Below are positions 52,800-62,202 of a DNA stretch of 64,000 bases, piece after piece. The DNA comes from a virus (lineage: Duplodnaviria; Caudoviricetes). The stretch is taken from IMG/VR virus record IMGVR_UViG_3300032225_002400, positions 11,745 through 75,744 of that record; one strand, given 5' to 3'. The position numbers and the translations under genes are program-made. How positions within the stretch are numbered: the first letter of the stretch is position 1; the number at the start of each line of letters is the position of its first letter. The notes beneath the pieces were generated by a model. The model made no database searches and was not told the origin of the DNA. It saw only the letters and a program-made list of their open reading frames with translations.

Positions 52800-53789
52800 A
52801 TGTATAAACATAAGACCTTAACACTAATGTGTGTTCAACCTTGCATACAATATTATGCTTGGCAAGTTGAAGTGATGTTAACCAATTTTAAAAATCTTAG
52901 AATCCACGAAGAATTTAATGTCCATACCCTTTGGGCTTTCAATAAGAATGAAGCTGATTGGGAAGAAAAAAGAGCCATTATCAAGAAAGTAGAAGATGCT
53001 TACTCTGATGTGGCTGAATTTCATTATTACGAAGACACAAGAGAATACCCAATAAGTTACATAAGCTCAATAAGGCCTAATGTACTTAAACAGCATTTTC
53101 AAGCATTTCCTGAATTAAGTGATGAAACTATCTTTTATCATGACTGCGATGTAGTTTTTTCTCGTTTCCCTCTATTCTTACATAATTATCAACAAAAAGA
53201 TAATAATTGGTATGTATCTGATACTATTTCATATATAGGCCATGATTATATACTATCTAAAGGAGATGATGTTTTGAAAAAAATGTGTGATATAGTAGGT
53301 ATATATAAAGATGAAGTTAGACTTAGACAAGGACAATCAGGTGGTGCTCAATACATTATGAAAAATGTAGATTATTCTTTTTTTAATAAAGTAGAAAAAG
53401 ATGCTGAAAAGCTATTTAAAGAAATAAACGAACTAAATAACAAAAAGAAACAAGCTGACCCTACTCACCATGAACTACAAATTTGGTGTGCAGATATGTG
53501 GGCTGTATTGTGGAACGCTTGGATGAGAGGCTATAACACTAATGTAATTAAAGAAATGGACTTTTGTTGGGCTACTGACTTATCTAAAACATGGGATGAA
53601 AAGATTTTATTTCATAATGCAGGTGTAACAGGAAGTCCTAATGAAAGACTTTTTTATAAAGGTAAATATATAAATCAATTACCTTACGAAGATGAAGGAT
53701 TAGATTATGATACTGAAAAGGCGTCTTATAAGTATTTTGAAATTATTAAATCAATTGGTAAAAATTCATGTTTATATGGGACTATTTGA
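52800..53789 (+). CDS. GT-A glycosyltransferase, peptidyl-Ser/Hyp O-glycosyltransferase-like
   Basis: YYAWQVEVMLTNF, IFYHDCD (DxD), GGAQY, W.ADMWA..WN; recalled resemblance to plant SGT1/HPAT, unverified. Confidence 0.55.
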   Translation: MYKHKTLTLMCVQPCIQYYAWQVEVMLTNFKNLRIHEEFNVHTLWAFNKNEADWEEKRAIIKKVEDAYSDVAEFHYYEDTREYPISYISSIRPNVLKQHFQAFPELSDETIFYHDCDVVFSRFPLFLHNYQQKDNNWYVSDTISYIGHDYILSKGDDVLKKMCDIVGIYKDEVRLRQGQSGGAQYIMKNVDYSFFNKVEKDAEKLFKEINELNNKKKQADPTHHELQIWCADMWAVLWNAWMRGYNTNVIKEMDFCWATDLSKTWDEKILFHNAGVTGSPNERLFYKGKYINQLPYEDEGLDYDTEKASYKYFEIIKSIGKNSCLYGTI

Positions 53790-54006
53790 TAAAATACAAG
53801 AAATCGTAACTGCATATTCAACTATGATGAATCCTACTGAAGAACAAAAACAAATTGCTGCAAGGAGATTACAAATTTGTATGACTTGCGAGGCTTGGAG
53901 AAATGTCCCTGTAGACCATTGCTCTAAATGTGGATGTGCTACTAGAGCAAAAATATTCACTCCAAAAGGTCAAGAAGCATGCCCGCTTGGCAAATGGACA
54001 ATCTAA
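53776..54006 (+). CDS. small Cys-rich protein (DUF6171-like)
   Basis: RRLQICMTC..CSKCGC..K..CPLGKW; start reassigned to ATG 53776. Confidence 0.7.
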   Translation: MGLFDKIQEIVTAYSTMMNPTEEQKQIAARRLQICMTCEAWRNVPVDHCSKCGCATRAKIFTPKGQEACPLGKWTI

Positions 54007-54015
54007 AATTAATTT

Positions 54016-54516
54016 ATGCCATATTCATATAATCTCTTTAAAGATGAGGTAAAACATAATATTATTAACACATTTGAAAGAGATATACGAATTTTAGATG
54101 TTGGTACAGGATGTGGAACTTATTCAACACTGCTTAAAGATAATTTTCCTAATATGGATGGAATTGAAATTTTTGAGAAATATGTTCAAGATTTTGATTT
54201 GCGTTCAAAGTACAATAAATTATATATATCTAATATATTAGATTTTGATATTAAGCACTATGATTTATTTATAATGGGAGATATTATTGAGCACTTAACA
54301 TTTTATGAAGCTAAAAACTTAATTGATAAAATACATAGAGCAGATAAGTTTATGATGATTGCTGTACCTTATAATTACGAGCAAGGTGCTGAATTTGGTA
54401 ATATATATGAAATACATAAACAACCTGATTTAACTAAAGAGCTTTTTTTAGAAAGATACCCATGTATGAAATATTTAATCGGAGATGACAATTATGGTTA
54501 TTTTACAAACTATTAA
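54016..54516 (+). CDS. class I SAM-dependent methyltransferase
   Basis: ILDVGTGCG, DGIEIF, GDIIEHL. Confidence 0.85.
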   Translation: MPYSYNLFKDEVKHNIINTFERDIRILDVGTGCGTYSTLLKDNFPNMDGIEIFEKYVQDFDLRSKYNKLYISNILDFDIKHYDLFIMGDIIEHLTFYEAKNLIDKIHRADKFMMIAVPYNYEQGAEFGNIYEIHKQPDLTKELFLERYPCMKYLIGDDNYGYFTNY

Positions 54517-54518
54517 TT

Positions 54519-55226
54519 ATGAAACTACCTATTGAATATGTAGATATTATAAAGAAATACATACTTTTCAAAAATGATTGTGGTGTTACAGATATGACAC
54601 GCAGAGGGGGTATTTACGAACATTATATTTTCGACTACATTAGAGAAAAGTTAAATGCACAAGGCACTACAATTATTGATGTAGGTGCTAATTTTGGTTT
54701 CCATACATTAGAGTTTGCAGATTTAGTAGGAGATGAAGGCAAAGTTTATTCATTTGAGCCGCAAAGATTGGTTTATTATCAATTATGTGGTAATGTTATT
54801 TTGAATGGTCATTCTAACATATATCCTCATAATTATGCTTTGAGTGATGAAAAGACCACATTAAAAATGGAAAATCTTCAATATTATTCAGATGAGGCAA
54901 TAAACATAGGTAATGCTCATTTAGATGCTTGTACTCATTTAGCTTATAATATGGTGGATGTAAATACTTTAGATTCATTCAATATTGATAATGTTAGTGT
55001 TTTAAAGATAGATGTGCAAGGATATGAGCCAAAAGTTTTAGATGGAGCAAAAGAAACAATTTTAAAAAATAAACCTGTAATATTTATTGAAGTAGAAGCA
55101 CCTCAATTAAGTATTTATGGGTGGAATGAAAATGACATATTTAGTCGTATAGAAGCATTAGGGTATACTTATAAAAAAGTATTAGATGCTGAACATTTGG
55201 TTGATTATGTTGCAATACCAAAATAA
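54519..55226 (+). CDS. FkbM-family methyltransferase
   Basis: IDVGANFG, SFEPQ, LKIDVQGYE..VLDGA. Confidence 0.9.
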   Translation: MKLPIEYVDIIKKYILFKNDCGVTDMTRRGGIYEHYIFDYIREKLNAQGTTIIDVGANFGFHTLEFADLVGDEGKVYSFEPQRLVYYQLCGNVILNGHSNIYPHNYALSDEKTTLKMENLQYYSDEAINIGNAHLDACTHLAYNMVDVNTLDSFNIDNVSVLKIDVQGYEPKVLDGAKETILKNKPVIFIEVEAPQLSIYGWNENDIFSRIEALGYTYKKVLDAEHLVDYVAIPK

Positions 55227-55228
55227 CC

Positions 55229-55879
55229 ATGATATTAGATTACTTTGAAGGAGCTTTCTACTTGAATTTAGATAAGCGTACAGAAAGAAAAGAAGCTTTT
55301 AAGAAAAGAAGCTCAGAAATTGGAATACAAGCCGAAAGGTTTTCCGCTACTCAATTAGGTGAAGGTGATGTACCAAACCCATTGAGAAATAAAGATTGGC
55401 ATATAAAAATATCATGCACTTATTCTCATTTTGAAATGATTAAAGAAGCTAAAAGAAGAGGATGGAAGAATTGTTTAATATTTGAAGATGATTGCATATT
55501 TGAACCAAATTTTATTGAAAAAATGAAAGTTTGTGTAGAAGAGTTAAAACAAATAGAATGGGATATGTTCTATATGGGTGGAGAGCCTAATGCTGAATGT
55601 TATTCTATTTCTGAAAACTTGGCAAAATGTACTACAGGTCTTTATGGGACACATGCTTATGCAATCAATGAATGTTTTTACGATAAAATTTTAAGCATAC
55701 CCTATACTTCAGGTGTTATTGATACTTTATATTTATTTTATGATAGAAACAATAAGAACTATTTAATGTCAAAAGACTTATTAGTAATACAAGATGAAGA
55801 CTTTGTAAGTGATTTATGGAATGGTAAAATAAAAAGAACAGAACAATATCAAGAAGCCTATAAAAAATGGATAAAATGA
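55229..55879 (+). CDS. GT25-family glycosyltransferase
   Basis: YLNLDKRTER, SC..SH, LIFEDD, THAY. Confidence 0.85.
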   Translation: MILDYFEGAFYLNLDKRTERKEAFKKRSSEIGIQAERFSATQLGEGDVPNPLRNKDWHIKISCTYSHFEMIKEAKRRGWKNCLIFEDDCIFEPNFIEKMKVCVEELKQIEWDMFYMGGEPNAECYSISENLAKCTTGLYGTHAYAINECFYDKILSIPYTSGVIDTLYLFYDRNNKNYLMSKDLLVIQDEDFVSDLWNGKIKRTEQYQEAYKKWIK

Positions 55880-56697
55880 AAAAATTAAGCTTTGTATGTA
55901 CATCATACCGCAGATTTACATGTGTAGAAAGAATTGTTGCTCAATTTCATGCACAAACATACCCAAACAAGGAATTAATCATTTTTAATACAGATGAGGA
56001 GTACCCTTATAGTTTGGGATTTGAGGATAGCTCTATAATAATTGTAAATAATGGAATAAACTACCAAACAGGAACTCCTTATGAAAATAGAGGACAGATA
56101 TGTAGAGATGCTGTAACACATGCTACTGGAGATTATTTCATGTTAGCAGATGATGATGATATTTATTTGCCTTGGCACATGCAACAAGCTGTAGATGGTA
56201 TTGAAGCAAATAGAAAAGATGCTTGGAAACCTGAACAAAGCTTTTTTGCTACTCCTAATAAGGTTGAAATGTGTATGAATACACTTGAAGCTTCAGTTAT
56301 AGTAAAAATGGATAGAATAAGAGAAATAGGGTTTAGAAGTGATATAACAGGGTATGAAGGTTTAAGTTGGTATACTCAATTAAGAGATGAAAAGCACTTA
56401 GATGAGCACAATAGGTACTATGTACCTTCTTATTGCTTCAATTGGTCAGACCCACATGAAATAGCTGGTCATAAACAAAGCGGTGCTATAGGAAGTCCAA
56501 ATAACTTTGAAAACCATAAAGAAGCATCAAAAGATTTTGCTAAAAGACCATTAGAGAAACTTTCTGAAGAAAAAGTAAGGGAAACCTACAAACCATATTA
56601 TCATTTTTTAAGACAACATGTAGAAGATTTCCCTTTAGACTTGGTTAGTAAATACATACCTATTCAGGTATTTCAGGTAGAGAATTTATTGTATTAA
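55876..56697 (+). CDS. GT2-family glycosyltransferase
   Basis: SFVCTSY.R, QTYPNKELII, DYFMLADDDD; ATGA coupling suggests start 55876. Confidence 0.8.
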   Translation: MKKLSFVCTSYRRFTCVERIVAQFHAQTYPNKELIIFNTDEEYPYSLGFEDSSIIIVNNGINYQTGTPYENRGQICRDAVTHATGDYFMLADDDDIYLPWHMQQAVDGIEANRKDAWKPEQSFFATPNKVEMCMNTLEASVIVKMDRIREIGFRSDITGYEGLSWYTQLRDEKHLDEHNRYYVPSYCFNWSDPHEIAGHKQSGAIGSPNNFENHKEASKDFAKRPLEKLSEEKVRETYKPYYHFLRQHVEDFPLDLVSKYIPIQVFQVENLLY

Positions 56698-57610
56698 CTA
56701 CATTAGATTGTTTATTAGATGATATTTTTTTAGAATCAACAATTTTAATATTGTTATCTTCATCTAAACTTAAAAATGCTCCACCTTCTAGTTGATTGTC
56801 CATTTCAACTGCCTTTTTGCCATAAAAATCTTTTGGCAACATTTTAGATAATTGTATTAATGTAGTTTTTTTGACCATCCATAAGTTAGGGTCTTTTCTA
56901 TCATTAAAGTATAAATCATTATCATATCTTGATAAAGCTTTTATTTTCAATATATCAGACTTTGATAATACAGTAAATTGATATTCTCCATTCTTTAATT
57001 TAGCTACTGCATATACAAACTTTAAAGTTGAAGCATTTCTTTCTACATTGAAATTAGGCTTATGAATTATATTAGGTTCAAGACCATAAATAGGCTCAAA
57101 TTCATCTCCTTCAAAAACACATTCAGTGTGTATTTTAGTGATTTCTCCTGACCTTAATAAAATATTAACTAATCCTTTATAACCAATTAGCGGAGTCACG
57201 GTTAATCGAGAATCTATTCTACGAGGTATTAAATAGAACTCACCTAACATATCTGATGGAATTAAACCAATTTCAGCTCCAGCAAGTATTGAAGCAAACA
57301 TAGAGCTTGGATTCTCAGTAAATGCTTGAACTAGTTTTTCATTCTTTTTAAGCTCAGATATTACTATTTGAACAAATTGAGCAGGTTCAATGTTATGCTT
57401 TTTAAGTAAATTAGGAAGCACAGTTTCCTTATATGATTCTATATAAGATTGAAACTTTTGAATTGGAGTTAATTGCTTTTGAACTTGTTTAGGTGTTTCA
57501 ATTGCAATTTCTGATTCTTTTTTTACTTCATCTGGTTTTAACTCAGCAATCAAATCTTCATGCTGTGGAATTTCAAGCTGTACTAGCTCTTTTTTTGTGG
57601 TTTCTTTCAT
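56660..57610 (-). CDS. recT: RecT-family single-strand annealing protein
   Basis: S...S.L.GA.IGL.P...GEFYLIP..IGYKGL...LRSG..V.EGDEF..M.KKT. Confidence 0.9.
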   Translation of the reverse strand: MKETTKKELVQLEIPQHEDLIAELKPDEVKKESEIAIETPKQVQKQLTPIQKFQSYIESYKETVLPNLLKKHNIEPAQFVQIVISELKKNEKLVQAFTENPSSMFASILAGAEIGLIPSDMLGEFYLIPRRIDSRLTVTPLIGYKGLVNILLRSGEITKIHTECVFEGDEFEPIYGLEPNIIHKPNFNVERNASTLKFVYAVAKLKNGEYQFTVLSKSDILKIKALSRYDNDLYFNDRKDPNLWMVKKTTLIQLSKMLPKDFYGKKAVEMDNQLEGGAFLSLDEDNNIKIVDSKKISSNKQSNVVNTINSLPEIPE

Positions 57611-57611
57611 T

Positions 57612-57899
57612 TTATTTTTTGTTTGATTTATTTCCGAAATGGTTTTTCATGCCTTTAATAAGTTGTTGATTAGTTGGAAATTCTTTTTTAGGAATTAATG
57701 ATTCTCCGGTTGTAGGATTTCCATAAATCTTTACATCGTTTTGGTCTACTGTTCTAACATCTCCAGTATCATATAATCTAATTATAAACTGAGGATTAGA
57801 ATGAATTGAGCCACCAATCATAAAGATTGCAACTCCATATCCTAGTGGTGTTTCTACATCAAAAGGGTTTAAGATTTCATGAATTGTTTGTACTATCAT
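57612..57899 (-). CDS. hypothetical protein
   Basis: ORF-track entry starts at GTG 57950; ATG 57899 is more plausible. Confidence 0.55.
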   Translation of the reverse strand: MIVQTIHEILNPFDVETPLGYGVAIFMIGGSIHSNPQFIIRLYDTGDVRTVDQNDVKIYGNPTTGESLIPKKEFPTNQQLIKGMKNHFGNKSNKK

Positions 57900-58018
57900 T
57901 TTATAGTTATTTTGTTCTATAAATTTTAGTATATTGTTGTTTTTCTTCACACCAATATTTTATCCATGCTTTATTATATGGTAAATAAATTATTTGACCA
58001 CATTTGTAGCATCTATAT

Positions 58019-58258
58019 TTAAACATAAGAATCTGCTATAAGTTTCAATTCTTGTTTATTTAACTTATGTGTAATATCTATTTTTTCACCATTTTCTAAA
58101 AATATTTGAACACTAGTTATTACTCTATTTACTTCTTCAGAATCGTAAAATGTATGATACCCATGACCTTCTTCTAAATTAGTTTCTTCTTCATAAGTTA
58201 CATTAAACTCAAAATAAATCTCACCGTATTGAGTTTCTTTTTTAATAATCCTTTTCAT
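58019..58258 (-). CDS. hypothetical protein
   Basis: 79-aa acidic ORF, co-oriented with block. Confidence 0.55.
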   Translation of the reverse strand: MKRIIKKETQYGEIYFEFNVTYEEETNLEEGHGYHTFYDSEEVNRVITSVQIFLENGEKIDITHKLNKQELKLIADSYV

Positions 58259-58350
58259 TTTTTTCTTCTGATTTTACAAGAATTAAAATAATAAAAAATG
58301 CAATAATAAAGCAAAATAAAGTTATCATAGTTTTAATTAAATCATACATA

Positions 58351-59151
58351 TTAATAGTGAATATTTTCAATAACAGGGACAGTTGCTTTTTTATCACAGT
58401 CATCTTTAAATGAACATTCTAAGCAACGAATATAGTTTGGTCTAGCTTCTAATTTGTCAGGATTTTTATAGTGATGCTCTATATAACTTTTTATTTTAGG
58501 AATAACAATATTTTCATGTAAGTTAATATGTTCTTCTTGAATATTAGTTTTTATAATTTTAGCTTTGTTTGGGTCTTTGGAAGAGAATATAAAAAAGTAA
58601 AAAGGTATATCTTCAATTCCATGTATATTCTTTACTAAATATTTGTAATGAATAGGTTGAAGTAAAGTTTTTGGTTTATTTACTAAACTTTCAGTATGCC
58701 AACCATATTCACTCCATTTATCATCAATAAGCCCTGAGTATTTTAAATCAATAATACATTGTTTACCATTCCAATTAGCTCGAATGTCTGATATACCACT
58801 ACATCCATCATGCGACATATATTCACCTACTTGTAATATTTCAATATTATGGTCTTGAATTATTTTATTAAAAAGTTTTACTGCTTGAATAGCTCTTTGA
58901 TAATCTATCTGAAGAGTTTCTTTTGCAGTTCCTTTCCATACCATTTCTGGTTGTGGAATTTCATCTCCAGGTCTTACATACTTAGTACATAAATACTCAA
59001 AGTAAATACCTAATTTGGCAGCAGGGCCAGAAGTAGTAGGAATCTTTTCAAAATATTGTTTTCTGATTTTTAAGCCACATTCTTTTACATTTTCATCATA
59101 ATAGTCAATGTAAGATTTTAGAAGCGATTGTGAGACATTAGGTTTTTGCAT
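58351..59151 (-). CDS. PD-(D/E)xK exonuclease (RecE/Cas4-like)
   Basis: SQSLL, G..FE, ISDI, IIDLK, Q...Y, C-terminal CLECSF.DDC; near recT. Confidence 0.75.
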   Translation of the reverse strand: MQKPNVSQSLLKSYIDYYDENVKECGLKIRKQYFEKIPTTSGPAAKLGIYFEYLCTKYVRPGDEIPQPEMVWKGTAKETLQIDYQRAIQAVKLFNKIIQDHNIEILQVGEYMSHDGCSGISDIRANWNGKQCIIDLKYSGLIDDKWSEYGWHTESLVNKPKTLLQPIHYKYLVKNIHGIEDIPFYFFIFSSKDPNKAKIIKTNIQEEHINLHENIVIPKIKSYIEHHYKNPDKLEARPNYIRCLECSFKDDCDKKATVPVIENIHY

Positions 59152-59303
59152 TTTTTTATGGTTTTTTTGATTGTTCTAATTGTATTAAAAATTACTACCC
59201 ATACACCACCTGTTAAATATACAATAATAACAAATAAAGGTATTGCTACTAAGGTAAATATAAATATTAAAGTTATAATAATAGGCTTAGTTAATTCAAT
59301 CAT
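59118..59303 (-). CDS. small membrane protein
   Basis: Long hydrophobic stretch; 3' end overlaps next gene. Confidence 0.4.
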   Translation of the reverse strand: MIELTKPIIITLIFIFTLVAIPLFVIIVYLTGGVWVVIFNTIRTIKKTIKKCKNLMSHNRF

Positions 59304-59601
59304 TTGAAAAATAATCTTTTTTTATTTCTTTTAAGTTTTTAGCTTTATCTATTACTTTCATTGCATCTTCAATTGTTTCATATTCAACAATAATAGCTTC
59401 ATCTTTTAATATTTCTTCATTTTTGAACTTATGCTTTTCACAATATAAATTATCTCCTGTAGTTAAAAATATATTTTTTTTATAATCAAAAGCATTAGTT
59501 ACTCTCATCAAAGAGCAACTTTTATATTCTGAATAATAAAACCTACAACTACTACATTTTCGTATCATTGGTAGGCTTTTTTGATTTAGATAAAATTCCA
59601 T
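59296..59601 (-). CDS. small Cys-containing protein
   Basis: CSSC..C..YCEKH. Confidence 0.55.
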   Translation of the reverse strand: MEFYLNQKSLPMIRKCSSCRFYYSEYKSCSLMRVTNAFDYKKNIFLTTGDNLYCEKHKFKNEEILKDEAIIVEYETIEDAMKVIDKAKNLKEIKKDYFSND

Positions 59602-59610
59602 TTTTTTGTT

Positions 59611-60063
59611 TTAAAATAAACTAATTTTTGGATAGTCTATTGATGTTTGTTCTATTTTATACACGTCTTTATAGAAAGAAATTACTAATTTATTCAAATT
59701 ATTCAAATAATCTACCATTTCATTAACCATTGTTGTTCTTGGTTTTAAAATAAAAGTTCTAGTTTTTTCGTCAAAATCTTTTGAAACAAAAGAATTAGAT
59801 TTATATACAGTTAAAAGTTTTTCAGTATACTTTTGAATTTCATCTATTAAATCTTTATATTGCTTTCTATTATATTCTAATTCTTTTATTGTTTTAGAAT
59901 GTTGTTTAACTAATTCTTCGCTATTCATTAAAAAAACTTGGTAAGAACTTTCTACCAATGCTTCAGAAAGTTTTCTTTTAGTAGATTCTGTAAGCCCTGG
60001 TATTTCTTTTTCAAATATAAATAAAAAGTTACTAAATATTTTTTCTTTTAAGTTGTTTTTCAT
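59611..60063 (-). CDS. hypothetical helical protein
   Basis: 150-aa ORF. Confidence 0.55.
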   Translation of the reverse strand: MKNNLKEKIFSNFLFIFEKEIPGLTESTKRKLSEALVESSYQVFLMNSEELVKQHSKTIKELEYNRKQYKDLIDEIQKYTEKLLTVYKSNSFVSKDFDEKTRTFILKPRTTMVNEMVDYLNNLNKLVISFYKDVYKIEQTSIDYPKISLF

Positions 60064-60116
60064 ATTTTAGCTTTAAGATTCACTTACTTCTTGTCCAATT
60101 TTGTGAAACTTCGTTA

Positions 60117-60512
60117 CTAAGAGCAGTCTAGGTTTGTACCATTCTGCTCTTTTTTATTTATTTGATTTAATAGGTCTTCTCCCACTTGTTCTAAATCTCT
60201 GCCATTTCTATATCTTCTTACTATGTCAATCATTTTGTTAATACATCCAACTTCCGCTTCTCTATAAGTTTCATAACGACCTATTGTTAATGATATTATA
60301 TTTCTATCAAGTTGTCGAGCAACACATCTTATATTTATTGTACAAACATTTTCTATATCTATAAAATAAGTTAATCTAAAAACCTCCCTAAACCACATAG
60401 ATGCATCATAAATGCCTATTACAGAAGGTAACTCCCCTGTACCTAAACTCCAATCGCAATAACCCAATTTAATTAATTGTTTAAATTCTTTAGTAGGTAA
60501 GCTAGTTATCAT
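60117..60512 (-). CDS. hypothetical phage protein
   Basis: 131-aa ORF; WFRE..Y.TY.EAE pattern. Confidence 0.55.
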   Translation of the reverse strand: MITSLPTKEFKQLIKLGYCDWSLGTGELPSVIGIYDASMWFREVFRLTYFIDIENVCTINIRCVARQLDRNIISLTIGRYETYREAEVGCINKMIDIVRRYRNGRDLEQVGEDLLNQINKKEQNGTNLDCS

Positions 60513-60517
60513 ATATT

Positions 60518-61261
60518 TTAATTTATTTCCTTTTCTTCTTCGTTTAAAATTGGTTTCTCAGGTTCTATAAGTTGTTTCCATTCCATATTAACTGAGTCTA
60601 AATATACTTGAACTAAGTCTCTATTTTTTGGAGTATCTTTATAATATATACAATCTGTTTTATAACATATAAAGTCATCAGCAAGCATAGTTGCTAAAAT
60701 ATTCATGTGTTCATAACAAATATATCTAATATTATTATATACTTTATGATACACTTGATTGTATTTAAAGACTTTAGTTTTTTCACTTAATACTCCATCA
60801 ATAATAATTTGATATTCTTTACTAGAGCTTAAATTAGCAAGAGCAGCTAAACGAATTGACTTATCTTTAATTTGTAAACCATTCTCATAAGTTTTAGGTT
60901 TTATAATTCCTTCAAGATATGCTATTCTCCAATAAGCATGGTCTAAATCTGTAGCAGTAACTTTTCCACGAAATTTTTTATTTTTCTCATTCCAATAATT
61001 TACAGGAAGTTGTTTTTTTGCAATAATTTTTTTATCAATAACATAGTTTTTTACATCATTCAATACCGAACGAAATACCCACATTCCAGCCTGTATCTTT
61101 TTTAATGGAGAAGGAAATAAAAACTTTCTATCTTGCCATATTATCTCATCAGAGTATGAGCCTTTTCTATAATATGCAATACCTTTTTTATTTTTAAGCT
61201 TATCAAATACAAGCTTTTTTTGTTCATCTCTCAGAACTGTAAAATTGTTACTAGAAGACAT
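60518..61261 (-). CDS. minimal family-B DNA polymerase-like palm domain protein
   Basis: Motif A-like ATDLDHAYW (60929-60949), motif B-like RLAALANL, motif C-like YKTDCIYY (60641-60664); no exonuclease domain. Confidence 0.6.
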   Translation of the reverse strand: MSSSNNFTVLRDEQKKLVFDKLKNKKGIAYYRKGSYSDEIIWQDRKFLFPSPLKKIQAGMWVFRSVLNDVKNYVIDKKIIAKKQLPVNYWNEKNKKFRGKVTATDLDHAYWRIAYLEGIIKPKTYENGLQIKDKSIRLAALANLSSSKEYQIIIDGVLSEKTKVFKYNQVYHKVYNNIRYICYEHMNILATMLADDFICYKTDCIYYKDTPKNRDLVQVYLDSVNMEWKQLIEPEKPILNEEEKEIN

Positions 61262-61281
61262 TTTATGGTTATTTTATGGTT
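61261..61281 (-). promoter_or_regulatory. tandem AACCATAAAA leader motif
   Basis: TTTTATGGTT at 61261-61270 and 61272-61281; same motif abuts starts at 19971, 28292, 52800, 59151, 62959. Confidence 0.6.
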
Positions 61282-62162
61282 TATTTTTTTAACTTTTTAT
61301 AAGCGTTTATTTCTGTTTTTTGTTTATCAAATTGAGCTTTAGTTATAACACCTTTTTTTAGTAAACTTTTTAATGAGTTAATCGCTACTCTAATTGCAGT
61401 GTTTATTTCTTTTTTTTGTTCTGCAGGTTTTTTTGGTTTATTTTGTATTGCTTTTCTAATTCTTTTACGTTTCTCTTTTTGTAAAGTTTTAAACTTATCA
61501 GCTAAATAATCTTTAATTTCTTCTACTTTCTTTTTTTCTTTTTTTGGTAACTCATAATCAATTTGCTCATCATCAGATACTGGTTCATTTTGAATGTATA
61601 AAATATATTCAACATAGTAATTATCAGGGTCTCCATTATTCTTTTTTCTAGGCTTAAGTTTTACAATACCTGAAAAGTAAGGGTTATCACCAGAAGGTCT
61701 ATTTTTAGCATCTTCTCTAATTTTTTCTATAATCTTTTTTACACCATTTCCGTAGTAACTATAATTTCTAGTGTTAAATATTTTTGTTTTACCATATCCA
61801 TTAGCATCTATTTTTATATCTAAACAATCAGGAAGAACAGTTTTAATATGATTATCAATTTCATAATATTCAACAAAAGATAAATAAGCTTCAGATAAAT
61901 ATAAAGGGTTACAAATCTCTCTAGGTGGAAGAGCTTTAACAATCTTGTTTAAATCTTTCTTTATTTCTCGTAAAATAATATTTCCTTGAGCTTTGTATTT
62001 TGGAAATACTTCTTTTGAGATTATTGCTCTTTTTGATTGAATACTAAGCTTTTGTTGATTAGGTAATTTAGAGTTTAAATTTCCCAATTCACGTAGTAAA
62101 TAGTTATAAAGTTTTACACCTTTTAATTCATTTACTTTTACTCTAACTTTTTTTTGAGCCAT
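61281..62162 (-). CDS. basic hypothetical protein upstream of mini-PolB
   Basis: 293 aa, very Lys-rich, especially C-terminus. Confidence 0.6.
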   Translation of the reverse strand: MAQKKVRVKVNELKGVKLYNYLLRELGNLNSKLPNQQKLSIQSKRAIISKEVFPKYKAQGNIILREIKKDLNKIVKALPPREICNPLYLSEAYLSFVEYYEIDNHIKTVLPDCLDIKIDANGYGKTKIFNTRNYSYYGNGVKKIIEKIREDAKNRPSGDNPYFSGIVKLKPRKKNNGDPDNYYVEYILYIQNEPVSDDEQIDYELPKKEKKKVEEIKDYLADKFKTLQKEKRKRIRKAIQNKPKKPAEQKKEINTAIRVAINSLKSLLKKGVITKAQFDKQKTEINAYKKLKK

Positions 62163-62202
62163 ACATATAATTTAACCTAACATCGGCAACAAAAATAATC
62201 AA

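Noticed and set aside
1280-53960. Antisense or out-of-frame ORFs inside longer genes (e.g. 1280, 4542, 6019, 6099, 8674, 10764, 11965, 12911, 13093, 14033, 15303, 15883, 17136, 18106, 18110, 19063, 20827, 21378, 21557, 21835, 25212, 28704, 30832, 39406, 42930, 43037, 43326, 44455, 47395, 49196, 53772)
   Set aside because: They overlap well-supported genes, have no recognisable motifs and lack start context.
58242-58328. 28-aa hydrophobic ORF on minus strand (MITLFCFIIAFFIILILVNQKKKNEKDY)
   Set aside because: Plausible and co-oriented but too short to support without homologs.
60518-61261. Complete replicative DNA polymerase
   Set aside because: Too short, no exonuclease domain, and motif B is degenerate; reported only as a minimal PolB-like protein.
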